Source of the DNA: an uncultured Planctomycetota bacterium
Lineage (GTDB): Bacteria; Planctomycetota; Planctomycetia; Gemmatales; Gemmataceae
Length of the DNA stretch: 64,000 nt
Reading direction: 5' to 3'
Assembly: GCA_963849325.1 (NCBI GenBank)
Contig: CAWKHF010000006.1
Coordinates: forward strand, 448,001-512,000
Shown here: positions 1-12,240 of the stretch, one piece after another
Layout: each line of letters opens with the position of its first letter
Numbering within the stretch: the first letter of the stretch is position 1
Position numbers and translations under genes: made by a program
Notes under the pieces: model-generated
What the model saw: the letters and a program-made list of their open reading frames with translations, nothing else
What the model was told of the DNA's origin: nothing
The model's database searches: none

Positions 1-428
1 CGAACGGCAGTGCGGCTTCCTGCCGGTCGTGCTTGCCGGCCCGGTCGCGGGCCGGGAGACGGGAGCAGAGGTCGTGCAAGAGGACGCGGAAGACGGCGTT
101 TCTCCGTCGCCTGCGCCACGTTGTACTTCGGCCAGTCCTGCTTGTAGACCTTCTTTTCGGTGAGGGTGATGGTCTTCGTTTCGATGACGGTGCCGTCGGG
201 CAGAACGTCGCGCTGGTGGACGATGGAGGCGGCGTAGAAGTGCTTGCAGGTGAAGCCCGCCCTCGGTGTGGTCCGGGCAAGTGCAGGTCTTCGCTTCCAG
301 GTTGACGTGATAGGTAGCGCGTCGCCGCCTTGGTGGACTGGCTCGGCACAAGCCAGGTGCCGTCAGGCCAGGCGGTTGAGCCGACAGGTCGCCGCGATAA
401 TCAGGCCGCGCTGCTCTCTGGCATCCAT
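1..428 (-). mobile_element. SWIM zinc-finger-containing transposase, N-terminal part (frameshifted, runs off window start)
   Basis: Manual translation across indels: MDAREQRGLIIAA...WLVPSQS...KTCTCPDH..GFTCKH (SWIM CxC-xn-CxH)...VYKQDWPKYNVAQATEK. This resembles the N-terminus of SWIM-DDE transposases. The catalytic domain lies outside the window. Confidence 0.6.
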
Positions 429-563
429 AGCGATTGCCTTCCATTGAAGGGCGGAATCGCGTAGAATGAATCTTATGCGAGGTCGCATTCTGGCGCTGAT
501 CCGCCGGACTGTGATCTGCTCAGCAGCCGTTAGCGCGGCTGCTGAGCGTTTCGGTTTCTGCAA

Positions 564-637
564 GGTGCATGACGGGAATCGAACCCGCAACCCTCCGACC
601 ACCAATCGGTTGCTCTGCCTGTTGAGCTACATGCACC
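564..637 (-). tRNA. tRNA gene, atypical (anticodon loop TT-GGT-GG reads as Thr, but His-like G-1:C73); no encoded CCA
   Basis: Minus strand: G GTGCATG TA GCTC AACAGGCA GAGC A ACCGA TTGGTGG TCGGA GGGTT GCGGG TTCGATT CCCGT CATGCAC C. Full cloverleaf with 7-bp acceptor stem, D arm and TTCGA T loop. Confidence 0.75.
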
Positions 638-640
638 ATC

Positions 641-674
641 GGGTTAGACGGAAGGCAGCACTTCCGTCTAACCC
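641..674. other. Perfect 14-bp inverted repeat (hairpin) in tRNA leader
   Basis: GGGTTAGACGGAAG-gcagca-CTTCCGTCTAACCC. Confidence 0.8.
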
Positions 675-698
675 ATCCTCCTCCCTTACCTTGATATG

Positions 699-726
699 AT
701 TATATCGCTATCAGGGTAAAAATCAA
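699..726 (-). promoter_or_regulatory. Putative sigma70 promoter driving tRNA and transposase
   Basis: Minus strand TTGATT-N16-TATAAT in an AT-rich divergent intergenic region. Confidence 0.55.
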
Positions 727-767
727 GCCTATCAGCCTTCTTTCTCAAGAATTTTTCGAGCCAGTTC

Positions 768-796
768 TTGACATGGCCCGATTGCCTGGATAGGAT
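768..796 (+). promoter_or_regulatory. Putative sigma70 promoter
   Basis: TTGACA-N17-TAGGAT followed by GAAAGGGGGA RBS and ATG at 821. Confidence 0.6.
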
Positions 797-820
797 TTAT
801 CGAGAAAGGGGGATTTTGTC

Positions 821-1619
821 ATGGCGGCAAGCGAGGAAAAGAAACGCACGCGAAGCCCAGCCTACCCAAGCATTGATCTTAAGGAAGCGATCCATTACGC
901 GGAGACGGCGTACAGCGAGGAAGACCACCACGCATTCACTCCAGAGGCGGCGGCGGAACACTGGGGCTACAAGTCCACCAGTACGCGCCGTGAGCCAAAT
1001 AATTTCGGCACTGAAGCAGTTTGGCTTGCTCATTGAAGAACACGGTAACGAGGTTCGACGGGTTCGACTATCGCCGCTAGCTCTTGATCTCATAGTCCAT
1101 GAAGACGAAAGCGATCTACAGAGGAGAGATTTGCTTAAGACTGCGGCCCTGAATCCGAAAATCCATCGAGAAATTTGGGACAAATACGGTGGCAAGTTGC
1201 CCTCCGATACTTCCCTGAGAATCTATCTTCTGCGGGAACGGGAAGGATCGCCCTTCAACAAAGATCAAGTCGATAGGTTTATCAGCCAGTTACGGGAAAC
1301 AATCGAGTTTGCAAAGCTCGCTCCGGGTGATAAAATGTCCGAAGGGGGTGCTGCTACGGTCGATTCAGTCGAGGAAGACAGCAACGGCGACGGTGACGTG
1401 GATGAAGGCAAGCAGCGCTCTCCGCAGCGGAGACGAGCGATGCAGACAGGGCTTAAAGAAGACGTTTACACATTGGATCAGGGGCAGGTCGTCGCCATCC
1501 AGTGGCCCGAAAAGATCGACGCGGGCGAGATTGAGGACGTAGCGGACTGGATGCAGTTGGTCATCAAGAAGATGAAACGCTCCGCTCAACAGGAAGAGAC
1601 AAAGGAATTTGCTGAATAA
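821..1619 (+). CDS. Hypothetical protein (RSPAYPSIDL N-terminal motif, possibly winged-helix DNA-binding); one frameshift near 985
   Basis: ORF 821..1036 joins ORF 768..1619; promoter and RBS upstream. Confidence 0.6.
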
Positions 1620-1889
1620 GCGGATGCGATCCACACAAGAAGTCCGGCCAAGCAGCCGGGCTTCTTCCTGCGCCTCTGCGTCCGCCCGCTCTGCGTGGCG
1701 GGCTAAGGGATCACCGGCGAGAGGTCTCAAAGTCCAGAAACGCCAATGATGCGGAGGGCGCAGTAGCAGAGGTAAGCTTGGATGGAGGAATCGCTCTTGC
1801 TGTACAGTCGTATCGGTGAGTAGACTAAGACAAAAGGAGAGCGTGGTAGCGCTCTCCTTGTCCCACACAAACCTGTTCAGGAGGTCGGT

Positions 1890-2666
1890 GTGACTACAAG
1901 TCATCCTATCGTTCGACGCCGTTTCGAGCAAGGTGTCCTTGTCTTCGACTACGGCGAAACACACGTCCGTTGCGGCGGAACTGCTGACAAGCCTTGGTTC
2001 GTCGCCAAGGACATGTGCGAGGTTCTTGGGATCTCCAACCACAGCGACGCCATCGGCGGGCTGGATGACGACGAGAAAGGTGAGGTCGCTATTGCCGACC
2101 CCATCGGCAGAAAGCAAAAGACGGCAATAGTTTACGAATCGGGTCTCTACCAACTTGTCTTCCGGTCCCGCAAACCCGAAGCCAAGGCGTTTCGCAAGTG
2201 GGTCACGTCCGAAGTCCTGCCTTCGATCCGCAAGACCGGCTCGTACCGCGCTCGGGAACGCCAACGGTATCAGCAGTTGGGTCTATCTCCTGAATGGATC
2301 GAAAAGCGCGAGGAAGGAATCGCTGCCCGGAATCAGTTCACAGACACCCTCAAAGAACATGGAGTAACGGAGGGGCGAGATTACGGTCGCATCACGAACA
2401 CGCTCTATTACCCAACGCTCGGCGGTGCGGCTGCCGCCGTCCGAAGTCGCCTAGGCATTCCCGTAAAAGCAAGCATTAGAGACAACTTGCCACTGCTGGA
2501 GTTGTTTAAGGTGGGCATGGCCGAATTGCTAGCTCAACGAAAGATCGAAGTAGAAAATCGACAAGGCTTCGATGAGTGCAATCAAGCCACGGCGATGGTG
2601 GCCAACAACGTCGCCAACGCCGTGAAGCAGACCGAAGAGGGCAAACGGCTGCCTCCTTCCGAGTGA
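1890..2666 (+). CDS. BRO-N domain protein (phage antirepressor-like)
   Basis: PWFVAKDMCEVLGISN...ESGLYQLVFRSRKPEAKAFRKWVTSEVLPSIRKTGSY is a canonical BRO-N signature; AGGAGG RBS. Confidence 0.9.
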   Translation: MTTSHPIVRRRFEQGVLVFDYGETHVRCGGTADKPWFVAKDMCEVLGISNHSDAIGGLDDDEKGEVAIADPIGRKQKTAIVYESGLYQLVFRSRKPEAKAFRKWVTSEVLPSIRKTGSYRARERQRYQQLGLSPEWIEKREEGIAARNQFTDTLKEHGVTEGRDYGRITNTLYYPTLGGAAAAVRSRLGIPVKASIRDNLPLLELFKVGMAELLAQRKIEVENRQGFDECNQATAMVANNVANAVKQTEEGKRLPPSE

Positions 2667-2677
2667 ATGAAAATCGG

Positions 2678-2720
2678 GCCGACCAGTTATGCTTGGCATA
2701 ACTGGTCGGCTCTTTCTCTT
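2678..2720 (+). terminator. Intrinsic terminator-like hairpin after BRO gene
   Basis: GCCGACCAGTTATGC-ttg-GCATAACTGGTCGGC followed by TCTTTCTCTT. Confidence 0.7.
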
Positions 2721-3035
2721 GCCGTCCGTGGATCGCCAATCCGTTGCAGCCGACCGAATTTCGTTGCAGGTGCCCAAAGCGTTGCAAAGACCCGCCATGC
2801 GATGGATGCTTGCGCGTCATCACAGCTCATCTCGCGTAAGCCGGTTGCTGGGCGCGGTGACGCCCTGGTTGAGGCATCTTCCACCTTTGTTGGCTTTGCC
2901 GTCTGCACGCTTCCCGCAGTCCTTGCTGCGAAAGCCTTATCCCGCGTCGTCCGCGCGGCCTTGTTCCGAGAGGCTGGAGAAGTTAAGTTAAATTTTCCGT
3001 CTCCGGCACTCCCCCTTCCTCATCGAGGAGAACCC

Positions 3036-5812
3036 ATGAAACGCACCTTGCTGGTCGTGCTGCCCTTGGCGGCGCTAACCCTCGGCCTGTTCGGCCACGC
3101 CGCTCCGTCGGGGCATTCGTCCGATGATCCGCCGAAGAAGTTCGAGGACTTCGACAAGGTCGTCAAGGGGGCCAAGCAATACGACGGCCTGTTCCGCCTG
3201 TTCCACAAGGACGAGCACCTGTACGCCGAGATCCGCACCGACCAGCTCGGCAAGCCGTTCCTCTGCCCCATCGCCATCGCGCGCGGCGCCGGCCTGGGCG
3301 GCTACACGCTCAACTTCGACGAGCAATGGGTGCTCCTCTTCAAGCGCGTCGGCGACAAGGTCCACCTGGTCCGCCGCAACGTCCACTTCCAGGCCAAGGC
3401 CGGCTCGCCGGCCGCTCACGCCGTCGAGACCACCTACACCGACTCGGTGCTGATGGCCCTGCCCATCAAGGCCATCAACCACGGCCACAACTCGCGTCCT
3501 GCTCGACTTCAACGACATCTTCATGACCGACTTCGCCCAGCTGAACCTGGGCTCGCTTCGACGCCAACCGCAGCACCTGGCACAAGATCAAGGCGTTCCC
3601 GCGCAACATCGAGCTGGAGGTGGCGGCCACCTTCGACGGCGGACGCGGCTTCTCGCTTCTTCGGCGACGACAGCGTCATCGACAGCCGCGGCAAGACCGT
3701 CGTCATCCACTACGGCCTGTGCCAGCTGCCCGAGCACGGCTATCAGCCGCGCCTGGCCGACGACCGCGTCGGCTACTTCCTCAGCGTCGTCAAGGACTTC
3801 AGCTCCGACAACGAGGACACGTCGTTCCTGCGCTACGTCAACCGCTGGCGGCTGGAGCGGGCCGAGCCGGTCGATCCCAAGCACCCCAACAAGCTGTCGC
3901 CGCCGAAAAAGAAGATCGTCTTCTGGATCGAGAAGTCGGTGCCCGACGAATACCGGGCGGCCGTGCGCGAGGGCATCCTCGAATGGAACAAGGCGTTCGA
4001 GAAGATCGGCTTCCGCGACGCCATCGAGGTGCGCCAGCAGGAGAACGAGGACTTCGATCCCGAGGACATCAACTACAACACGTTCCGCTGGATCACCACC
4101 GACCAGGGCTTCGCCATGGGGCCGTCGCGGGCCAACCCGCTGACCGGCGAGATCCTCGACGCCGACATCATCTTCGACGCCAGCATGGTCCGCTTCTGGC
4201 GCGAGGAGGCCAAGCTGTTCCGCGGCGACGGCAGCGCCGGCCAGCCTGATCCAGGCCACCCGCGCAGGGTTGGAGCCTGTTCGATCCGCCTGCGCGCCCG
4301 ATCGCCAGCGCGCAGGCTGTGATGGAAGGCTGGAACGATCCCAAGAAGGCGGAGCAGAACCGACTGCGCGCCCGCCTGCTGGCGACGCGGCAGGGTCTCT
4401 GCCAGTGCGGTGCCGCACATGCAGCTACGAGCTGGGCATGGCCGCCATGACGCTGGCCGCCAAGGGCGAGACCAAGCCCGGCGAGAAGCTGCCCGACGAG
4501 CTGATTCAGCAGGCCATCAAGGAAGTGACCATGCACGAGGTCGGCCACACGCTCGGCCTGCGGCACAACTTCAAGGCCAGCACCATGCTCAAGAACGAGC
4601 AGCTGCACGACACCAGCCATCACGCGCAAGCAAGGGCCTGGTCGGCTCGGTCATGGATTACGCCCCGATCAACCTCGCCCCCAAGGGCGTCAAGCAGGGC
4701 GACTACTTCAGCACGACCATCGGGCCCTACGACTACTGGGCCATCGACTACGCCTACAAGCCGCTGTCGGGCGGCACCGACGGCGAGGCTGGACAAGCTC
4801 AGGAGATCGCCACGCAAGGCGCCAAGCCCGGCCACGACTACGCGCACCGATGAGGACATGTTCAGCACGTCCGACCCGCTGGTCAACGTCTGGGACCTCG
4901 GCGCCGACCCGATGAAGTTCGCCCAGGACCGCATCCTGCTGGCCGAGGAGCTGCTCAAGGGGCTGGCCGACCGCGTCGTCGACAAGGGCGAGGGCTACCA
5001 GCGCGCCCGGCTGGCCTTCAACGTGCTGCTGGGGCAGTACGGCAACGGCGCCTACCTGATCGGCCAAGTTCATCGGCGGCGAGTACATGCACCGCGACCA
5101 CCGCGGCGACCCCAACGGCCGCGATCCGTTCGTCCCCGTCACGGCCGACAAGCAGCGCGAGGCGCTGAAGTTCTTGCAGGAGCACATCCTGTCGCGACAA
5201 GCACTTCCAGTTCTCGCCGCGGCTGCTGCGCCGTCTCGGCGCCGATCGCTGGCTGCACTGGGGCAACGAGATGGACGCGTTCGGCTCGGTCGATTACCCG
5301 CTGCACCAGCGCATCCTGAACATCCAGCGGATCGTGCTGGAGCACGTTTTCGACCGGCCGTGCTGTCGCGCATCCAGAACAACGCCGTGCAAGGCGGACA
5401 AGGACGAGAAGCCGCTGACGATCGCCGAGGTGTTCCGCGGCGTGACGGACGGCGTCTGGAGCGACGTGCCGGACAAGGACGGCAAGGAGGCCAAGCAGCC
5501 GCGTGTCCTCGTCGGTGATCCGCCGCAACTTGCAGCGCGAGCACCTGAAGAACCTGTACACCTTGGTGCTGGGCAAACGACAGCAGAACGATAGCTTCTT
5601 CTTCTTTTTCTTCGGCGGTGGCGACAGTTCGGTGCCGCCGGACGCCCGCAGCCTGGCGCGCATGCACCTGCGCGACATCGGCAAGCGCATTGACGCCACG
5701 CTCGGCGACAAGCAAGGCGACCGTGGACGACACGACCCGCGCTCACCTGGAGGAGTGCCGCGAGCGCATCGCCAAGGTGCTGGGCGCCTCGATGCAGGTG
5801 AATGAGCCGTAA
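3036..5812 (+). CDS. Secreted zinc-dependent metalloprotease (DUF5117/DUF4953, EcxA-like); multiple frameshifts
   Basis: Signal peptide; PRLADDRVGYF, GPSRANPLTGEILDADI, HEVGHTLGLRHNF zinc motif, SVMDY Met-turn spread over consecutive ORFs. Confidence 0.85.
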
Positions 5813-5821
5813 ATCGTTCGC

Positions 5822-5851
5822 GCCTCGCCCTCGGCTCCCCGAGGGCGAGGC
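5822..5851. terminator. Hairpin between convergent genes (possible bidirectional terminator)
   Basis: GCCTCGCCCTCGG-ctcc-CCGAGGGCGAGGC. Confidence 0.55.
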
Positions 5852-5870
5852 CGCTTCTTGGAATCGAATC

Positions 5871-6656
5871 TCAGGGTTGTTGAGGCGGTAGCTGGCGGCG
5901 GAGCTGTTCGAGTTCTTGTCGCAGTTGCTCCACTTCCGCCTCGGCGCGACGGCGTGCATCTTCCTCCCGAGCGCGTCCTTCGTCGGCGCGTTGGCGTTCG
6001 ATCTCCGCCTGAAGACGGCCCTCATGCTCCTCGGGAGGGGTCGGCAGCCATCGCGCGGTTGCCGGATCATACAAACGCAAGAACCTGCCGCCGCGCTCCA
6101 GGTGCAGCCCCAGTCTTTCACTCGGCAGTCGTCCGTCCACGGGCTGGATCGCCTGGTACTGGCCTTCGATTAAACGATAACCCTGCAGCGATGGCTCCAT
6201 GTATTCCTCGTAGGGATCGAAGAGAAAATATTCCTTCACTCCCAGTGGGTCACGATACAGGGCCATCTTATCGTCGATGTCTTCCTCGCGCGTGGAGTCG
6301 GACGTCAACTCGATGACCACGTCGGGCACCTTGCCTCCTTCCTCCCAGACGAGATAGCTTCGTCGTTCCGGATCGGTGTGCTTGGGAACGCCGTGGACGA
6401 CGAACACATCCGGCGACAGGTGCTTCAAGCGATCGCCGGGAACGTAATAGAGGAACATATTGCCGGCGATGAACACCTGCGATTCTCGTTCGTACCACAG
6501 GCGCAGCATGTATACGAGATAGGCCAGGTTATCGGCGTGCAGAGGAGTTTCGCCCATGGGTCGTCCATCCGAATCGGGGTAATGGACGTTCGAGATGGTC
6601 CGCGCGGGAGGGACGGTTGCCTTCGTCGTCACCTTTTTTTTCACGCCCACTTGCAT
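5871..6656 (-). CDS. Uma2/DUF820 family PD-(D/E)XK endonuclease-like protein
   Basis: YPDSDGRPMGET, SPDVFVV, PDVVIELTS, GVKEYFLFDP, coiled-coil tail. Confidence 0.9.
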   Translation of the reverse strand: MQVGVKKKVTTKATVPPARTISNVHYPDSDGRPMGETPLHADNLAYLVYMLRLWYERESQVFIAGNMFLYYVPGDRLKHLSPDVFVVHGVPKHTDPERRSYLVWEEGGKVPDVVIELTSDSTREEDIDDKMALYRDPLGVKEYFLFDPYEEYMEPSLQGYRLIEGQYQAIQPVDGRLPSERLGLHLERGGRFLRLYDPATARWLPTPPEEHEGRLQAEIERQRADEGRAREEDARRRAEAEVEQLRQELEQLRRQLPPQQP

Positions 6657-6659
6657 GGC

Positions 6660-7268
6660 TCACCTCCGTTCGGTTCGGATGGCATTCACCGTCGTGTACT
6701 CGATGCCCAGACGACGTCCTTCTTCTTTCGCTTTCCCTTGATACAGGTTCGCCTGGGGCACATCAATCCCGGCGCTGGCGTCCTCAATGAGTAGCACACG
6801 AAAACCCGCCTGCCGTAGATCGCGAGCCGCGAAGAAACAGCAGATGTTCGCGGCCAGTCCGCACACGACGACCGTGGAGATGCCGCCGGCACGCAGCAGG
6901 TCCGCGAAGCCCGGATGCTGCGCCGTCAGGGCGTAGGCCTCGAAATCTCGATCGTAACCCTTGCGCCAGACTGCATGGAAGCGCTCGGTATGTAGGCCGG
7001 GCAGGAAGTCGGCGCCGGGCGTACCCTGGATGCAGTGCGGTGGATAAAGGTTGTCGCGCTGGCCGCGGAAGCTGCAATGATCGGGCGGATGCCAGTCCTG
7101 GCTGGCGTCGATGCGCGCCCACGGCCGTTCCAGCAAGCGATTGACGTTCGGCACGATCTCCAGTCCGCCGGGTACGGGCAACTCCGGGGGGCACAATTCC
7201 GTAAAGCCGCGCTGGGCATCGACCACCAGCAGACTGCTCGCGGCAAGGGGAATCGGCTCCACAATCAC
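6660..7268 (-). CDS. pncA: Nicotinamidase/isochorismatase family cysteine hydrolase
   Basis: VVDAQRGF, QDWHP, PPHCIQGTPGA, RKG, GLAANICC. Confidence 0.75.
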   Translation of the reverse strand: MIVEPIPLAASSLLVVDAQRGFTELCPPELPVPGGLEIVPNVNRLLERPWARIDASQDWHPPDHCSFRGQRDNLYPPHCIQGTPGADFLPGLHTERFHAVWRKGYDRDFEAYALTAQHPGFADLLRAGGISTVVVCGLAANICCFFAARDLRQAGFRVLLIEDASAGIDVPQANLYQGKAKEEGRRLGIEYTTVNAIRTERR

Positions 7269-7327
7269 TCACTCTCTTACTTTTCCAGGGCGGCGAGAAC
7301 ACTCCGAGAGTCGCTAACCAAATACCA

Positions 7328-7411
7328 TTTTGACCACGGATAACACGGATGACACGGATAACGAAAACCAGAATGCTTCTTGTGTTTTATCCGTGTTATC
7401 CGTGGTCAAAA
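7328..7411. repeat. Inverted repeat built from CACGGAT units
   Basis: TTTTGACCACGGATAACACGGATGACACGGAT...ATCCGTGTTATCCGTGGTCAAAA. Confidence 0.75.
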
Positions 7412-7463
7412 TGCATTTGATTCCTGCCCCTTACGAGAAACGACTGCCGATGGAGACGATCCA

Positions 7464-10246
<2,783 letters not shown>

Positions 10247-10401
10247 GCTCGCCCGTCCACTTCACTGCAAGTCCACGAAACCCGTCCCGATTCGACGGGA
10301 CCACGTTGGCCTTATCCTATCAAAGGACGGCACGTCCTCGATACCGGGCGAGGTTTTCCTACCGAAAGGGAGCGAAGGGAGGGCGGCGAGGTTCACAGCG
10401 C

Positions 10402-10432
10402 AGGCGAACGGCCGGCGGGTGCCGGCCGTTCG
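10402..10432. repeat. Short palindromic REP-like hairpin related to the 52.5 kb repeat
   Basis: GGCGAACGGCCGGC-gggt-GCCGGCCGTTCGC. Confidence 0.55.
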
Positions 10433-10458
10433 CGGGGTTGGACGTGGCGGCGCGCCGA

Positions 10459-11541
10459 TCACGGCAGGGCGACCGTCTCCAGGTTGAGCTTCTTGTCCTG
10501 GGTCCGCATCAGCACCAGAGCATGTTCCTTGTCGAAGGCGTCCAGGTGTTCCGTCCCTTGTAGACTCTTGATCGTCTCATAGGGAAGGCCAGCCGTGCCC
10601 TTGACGGGCTTGGTAATGGCCTCGACCTTGTCGATGCCATCAGTGGGGATCTTCATGACGCCGCGCCGGTTGTTGGCCAGCAGGATGTAATCCTTGCCGT
10701 CCTTCTTGTAGACGATCATGTCCAGCGGCCGATTGCCGTTGCCCAGCTCGGCGATGGTCGTGCCCTTGACCTTGGCGCCGGGCTTGAGGTCGGCGACCGG
10801 CACCTTGACCAGCGGCGTGCAGGTGTAGGCGGCCAGCAGGTTCGCCTCGCCCTTGATCTCATAGGGCACGAAGGTACGGATGGGCGATTTCGTCTCGACC
10901 CGAGCGTGCGAGCCGTGGTAGATCTCGACGCCCGTGCCCGCGTCCACGTCCTTAAAGGGGAAGGAGAGGATACGGAAGCGCGAAGCGAACTCCTCGTTGG
11001 ACAGGCAAGCGACGTACAGCCGACCGTTGATATAGCCCATGTCGGTGATGGCTTCCTGACCGCCGCGGCCGCCGGACGGGTTGGGCAGTTTGGTGCGGGC
11101 GAAATTCACGTCCTTGAGCGATACCTCGGCGAGCTTGCCGGAGCGCTCGACACGCAGCAGAACAGGCTTGCCGTCGGCGCCCTTGCCGCGCGTCACCGAC
11201 AGGTAGGCGCTGCCCGACAGGGGATTGACGGCCAGGTCGTTGATGGCGAGTTGGCTGGACTCGATGCCCAGCAGCGAGGCGATTTTCTCATCGAGCGCCT
11301 CGACCTTGGGGCGCTCCGAGCCGGCGGCGGCGCGGTCCTGCGTGTCCACGGCGACGATGGCGGCGGTGCGCGGGTCGGCGAGGAACAGGATGCCTTCGGG
11401 TCCGAAGGTCAGGGCACCAATGGACTGTAGCTCCGGCGTCCCTTTCGTCAGGCTGTCCCTCGGGCCGGCGGCGCGGGCCGAGCCGGCGAGCAGGACGACG
11501 GCCAGCGCCAGCGGGGCGAGGCGGATTGGCGAGCAGGTCAT
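10459..11541 (-). CDS. Secreted hypothetical protein (probable beta-propeller)
   Basis: Intact ORF, signal peptide, AAGGAG RBS; EIYHGSH and AAYTCTPLV conserved-looking motifs. Confidence 0.7.
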   Translation of the reverse strand: MTCSPIRLAPLALAVVLLAGSARAAGPRDSLTKGTPELQSIGALTFGPEGILFLADPRTAAIVAVDTQDRAAAGSERPKVEALDEKIASLLGIESSQLAINDLAVNPLSGSAYLSVTRGKGADGKPVLLRVERSGKLAEVSLKDVNFARTKLPNPSGGRGGQEAITDMGYINGRLYVACLSNEEFASRFRILSFPFKDVDAGTGVEIYHGSHARVETKSPIRTFVPYEIKGEANLLAAYTCTPLVKVPVADLKPGAKVKGTTIAELGNGNRPLDMIVYKKDGKDYILLANNRRGVMKIPTDGIDKVEAITKPVKGTAGLPYETIKSLQGTEHLDAFDKEHALVLMRTQDKKLNLETVALP

Positions 11542-11709
11542 GCTGTCTACTCCTTGCACACGGGCGAAGCGGGGAATCGGGTGGATACGATGCTCCTTAT
11601 GATGCCGCTTCCGTGGCACAAAGCAAGTTAGAAATGGATGAAGGGCCGGGAAAAGGTTACGAAGGGAGCCTTGTCGTGACAGCGGACCTTTTGTGGACGC
11701 GGCCTCGTC

Positions 11710-12087
11710 TCAACTCACCCCCGCCAGGTCTTTGAGCTGCAGCGCCAGTTTGGCGATCACCAGTTGATTCAAACTGACGCCCTCCACGGCGGCTTCGCGT
11801 TCGAGGGCCGCGTGCAACGAACGCGGCAGACTCACGACCAAACGACCACTTCGTTTGGGCGTTGCGCCGGCCGACAAGCCGAATCGGTCCCGTGCCTCTT
11901 CCAGCAATTGCCGGATTTGTCGGTATTCTTCCGTTTGCATGAACGCTTCCCGCTCCGCGCGCGTCTCAAACGACCGAGAGACGATCCCTTCAAGCGGATC
12001 AAACAAAGCGTTGGACAAATCGGCCCAAGAGGTGACGGAGTGCGCCAACTCCTCGGCCGCACGCAGCAATTCCTCGGCTTTACTCAT
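11710..12087 (-). CDS. HicB-like antitoxin / ribbon-helix-helix protein
   Basis: C-terminal SGRLVVSLPRSLHAALEREAAVEGVSLNQLVIAKL is the typical HicB RHH. Confidence 0.75.
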   Translation of the reverse strand: MSKAEELLRAAEELAHSVTSWADLSNALFDPLEGIVSRSFETRAEREAFMQTEEYRQIRQLLEEARDRFGLSAGATPKRSGRLVVSLPRSLHAALEREAAVEGVSLNQLVIAKLALQLKDLAGVS

Positions 12088-12240
12088 CGTTTCCCTTCCC
12101 CTCCCGGTATCGTGCTGCCGTCGTTGAACGTCAGGGGAATGAGGAGCGTGACCTTCTTGAGCATGTTCCCATATTACCATAGAGAGAGGCCGCCATGAAG
12201 AACTCGACCGTCCGGTTCTGCCGCTCTCTCGGAGATCGGC

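Noticed and set aside
1890-2666. Prophage
   Set aside because: Only a BRO-N gene; no structural, terminase or integrase genes in the window.
2720-3000. Structured ncRNA or element terminus upstream of the metalloprotease
   Set aside because: No recognisable riboswitch motif or terminal repeat could be supported from sequence alone.
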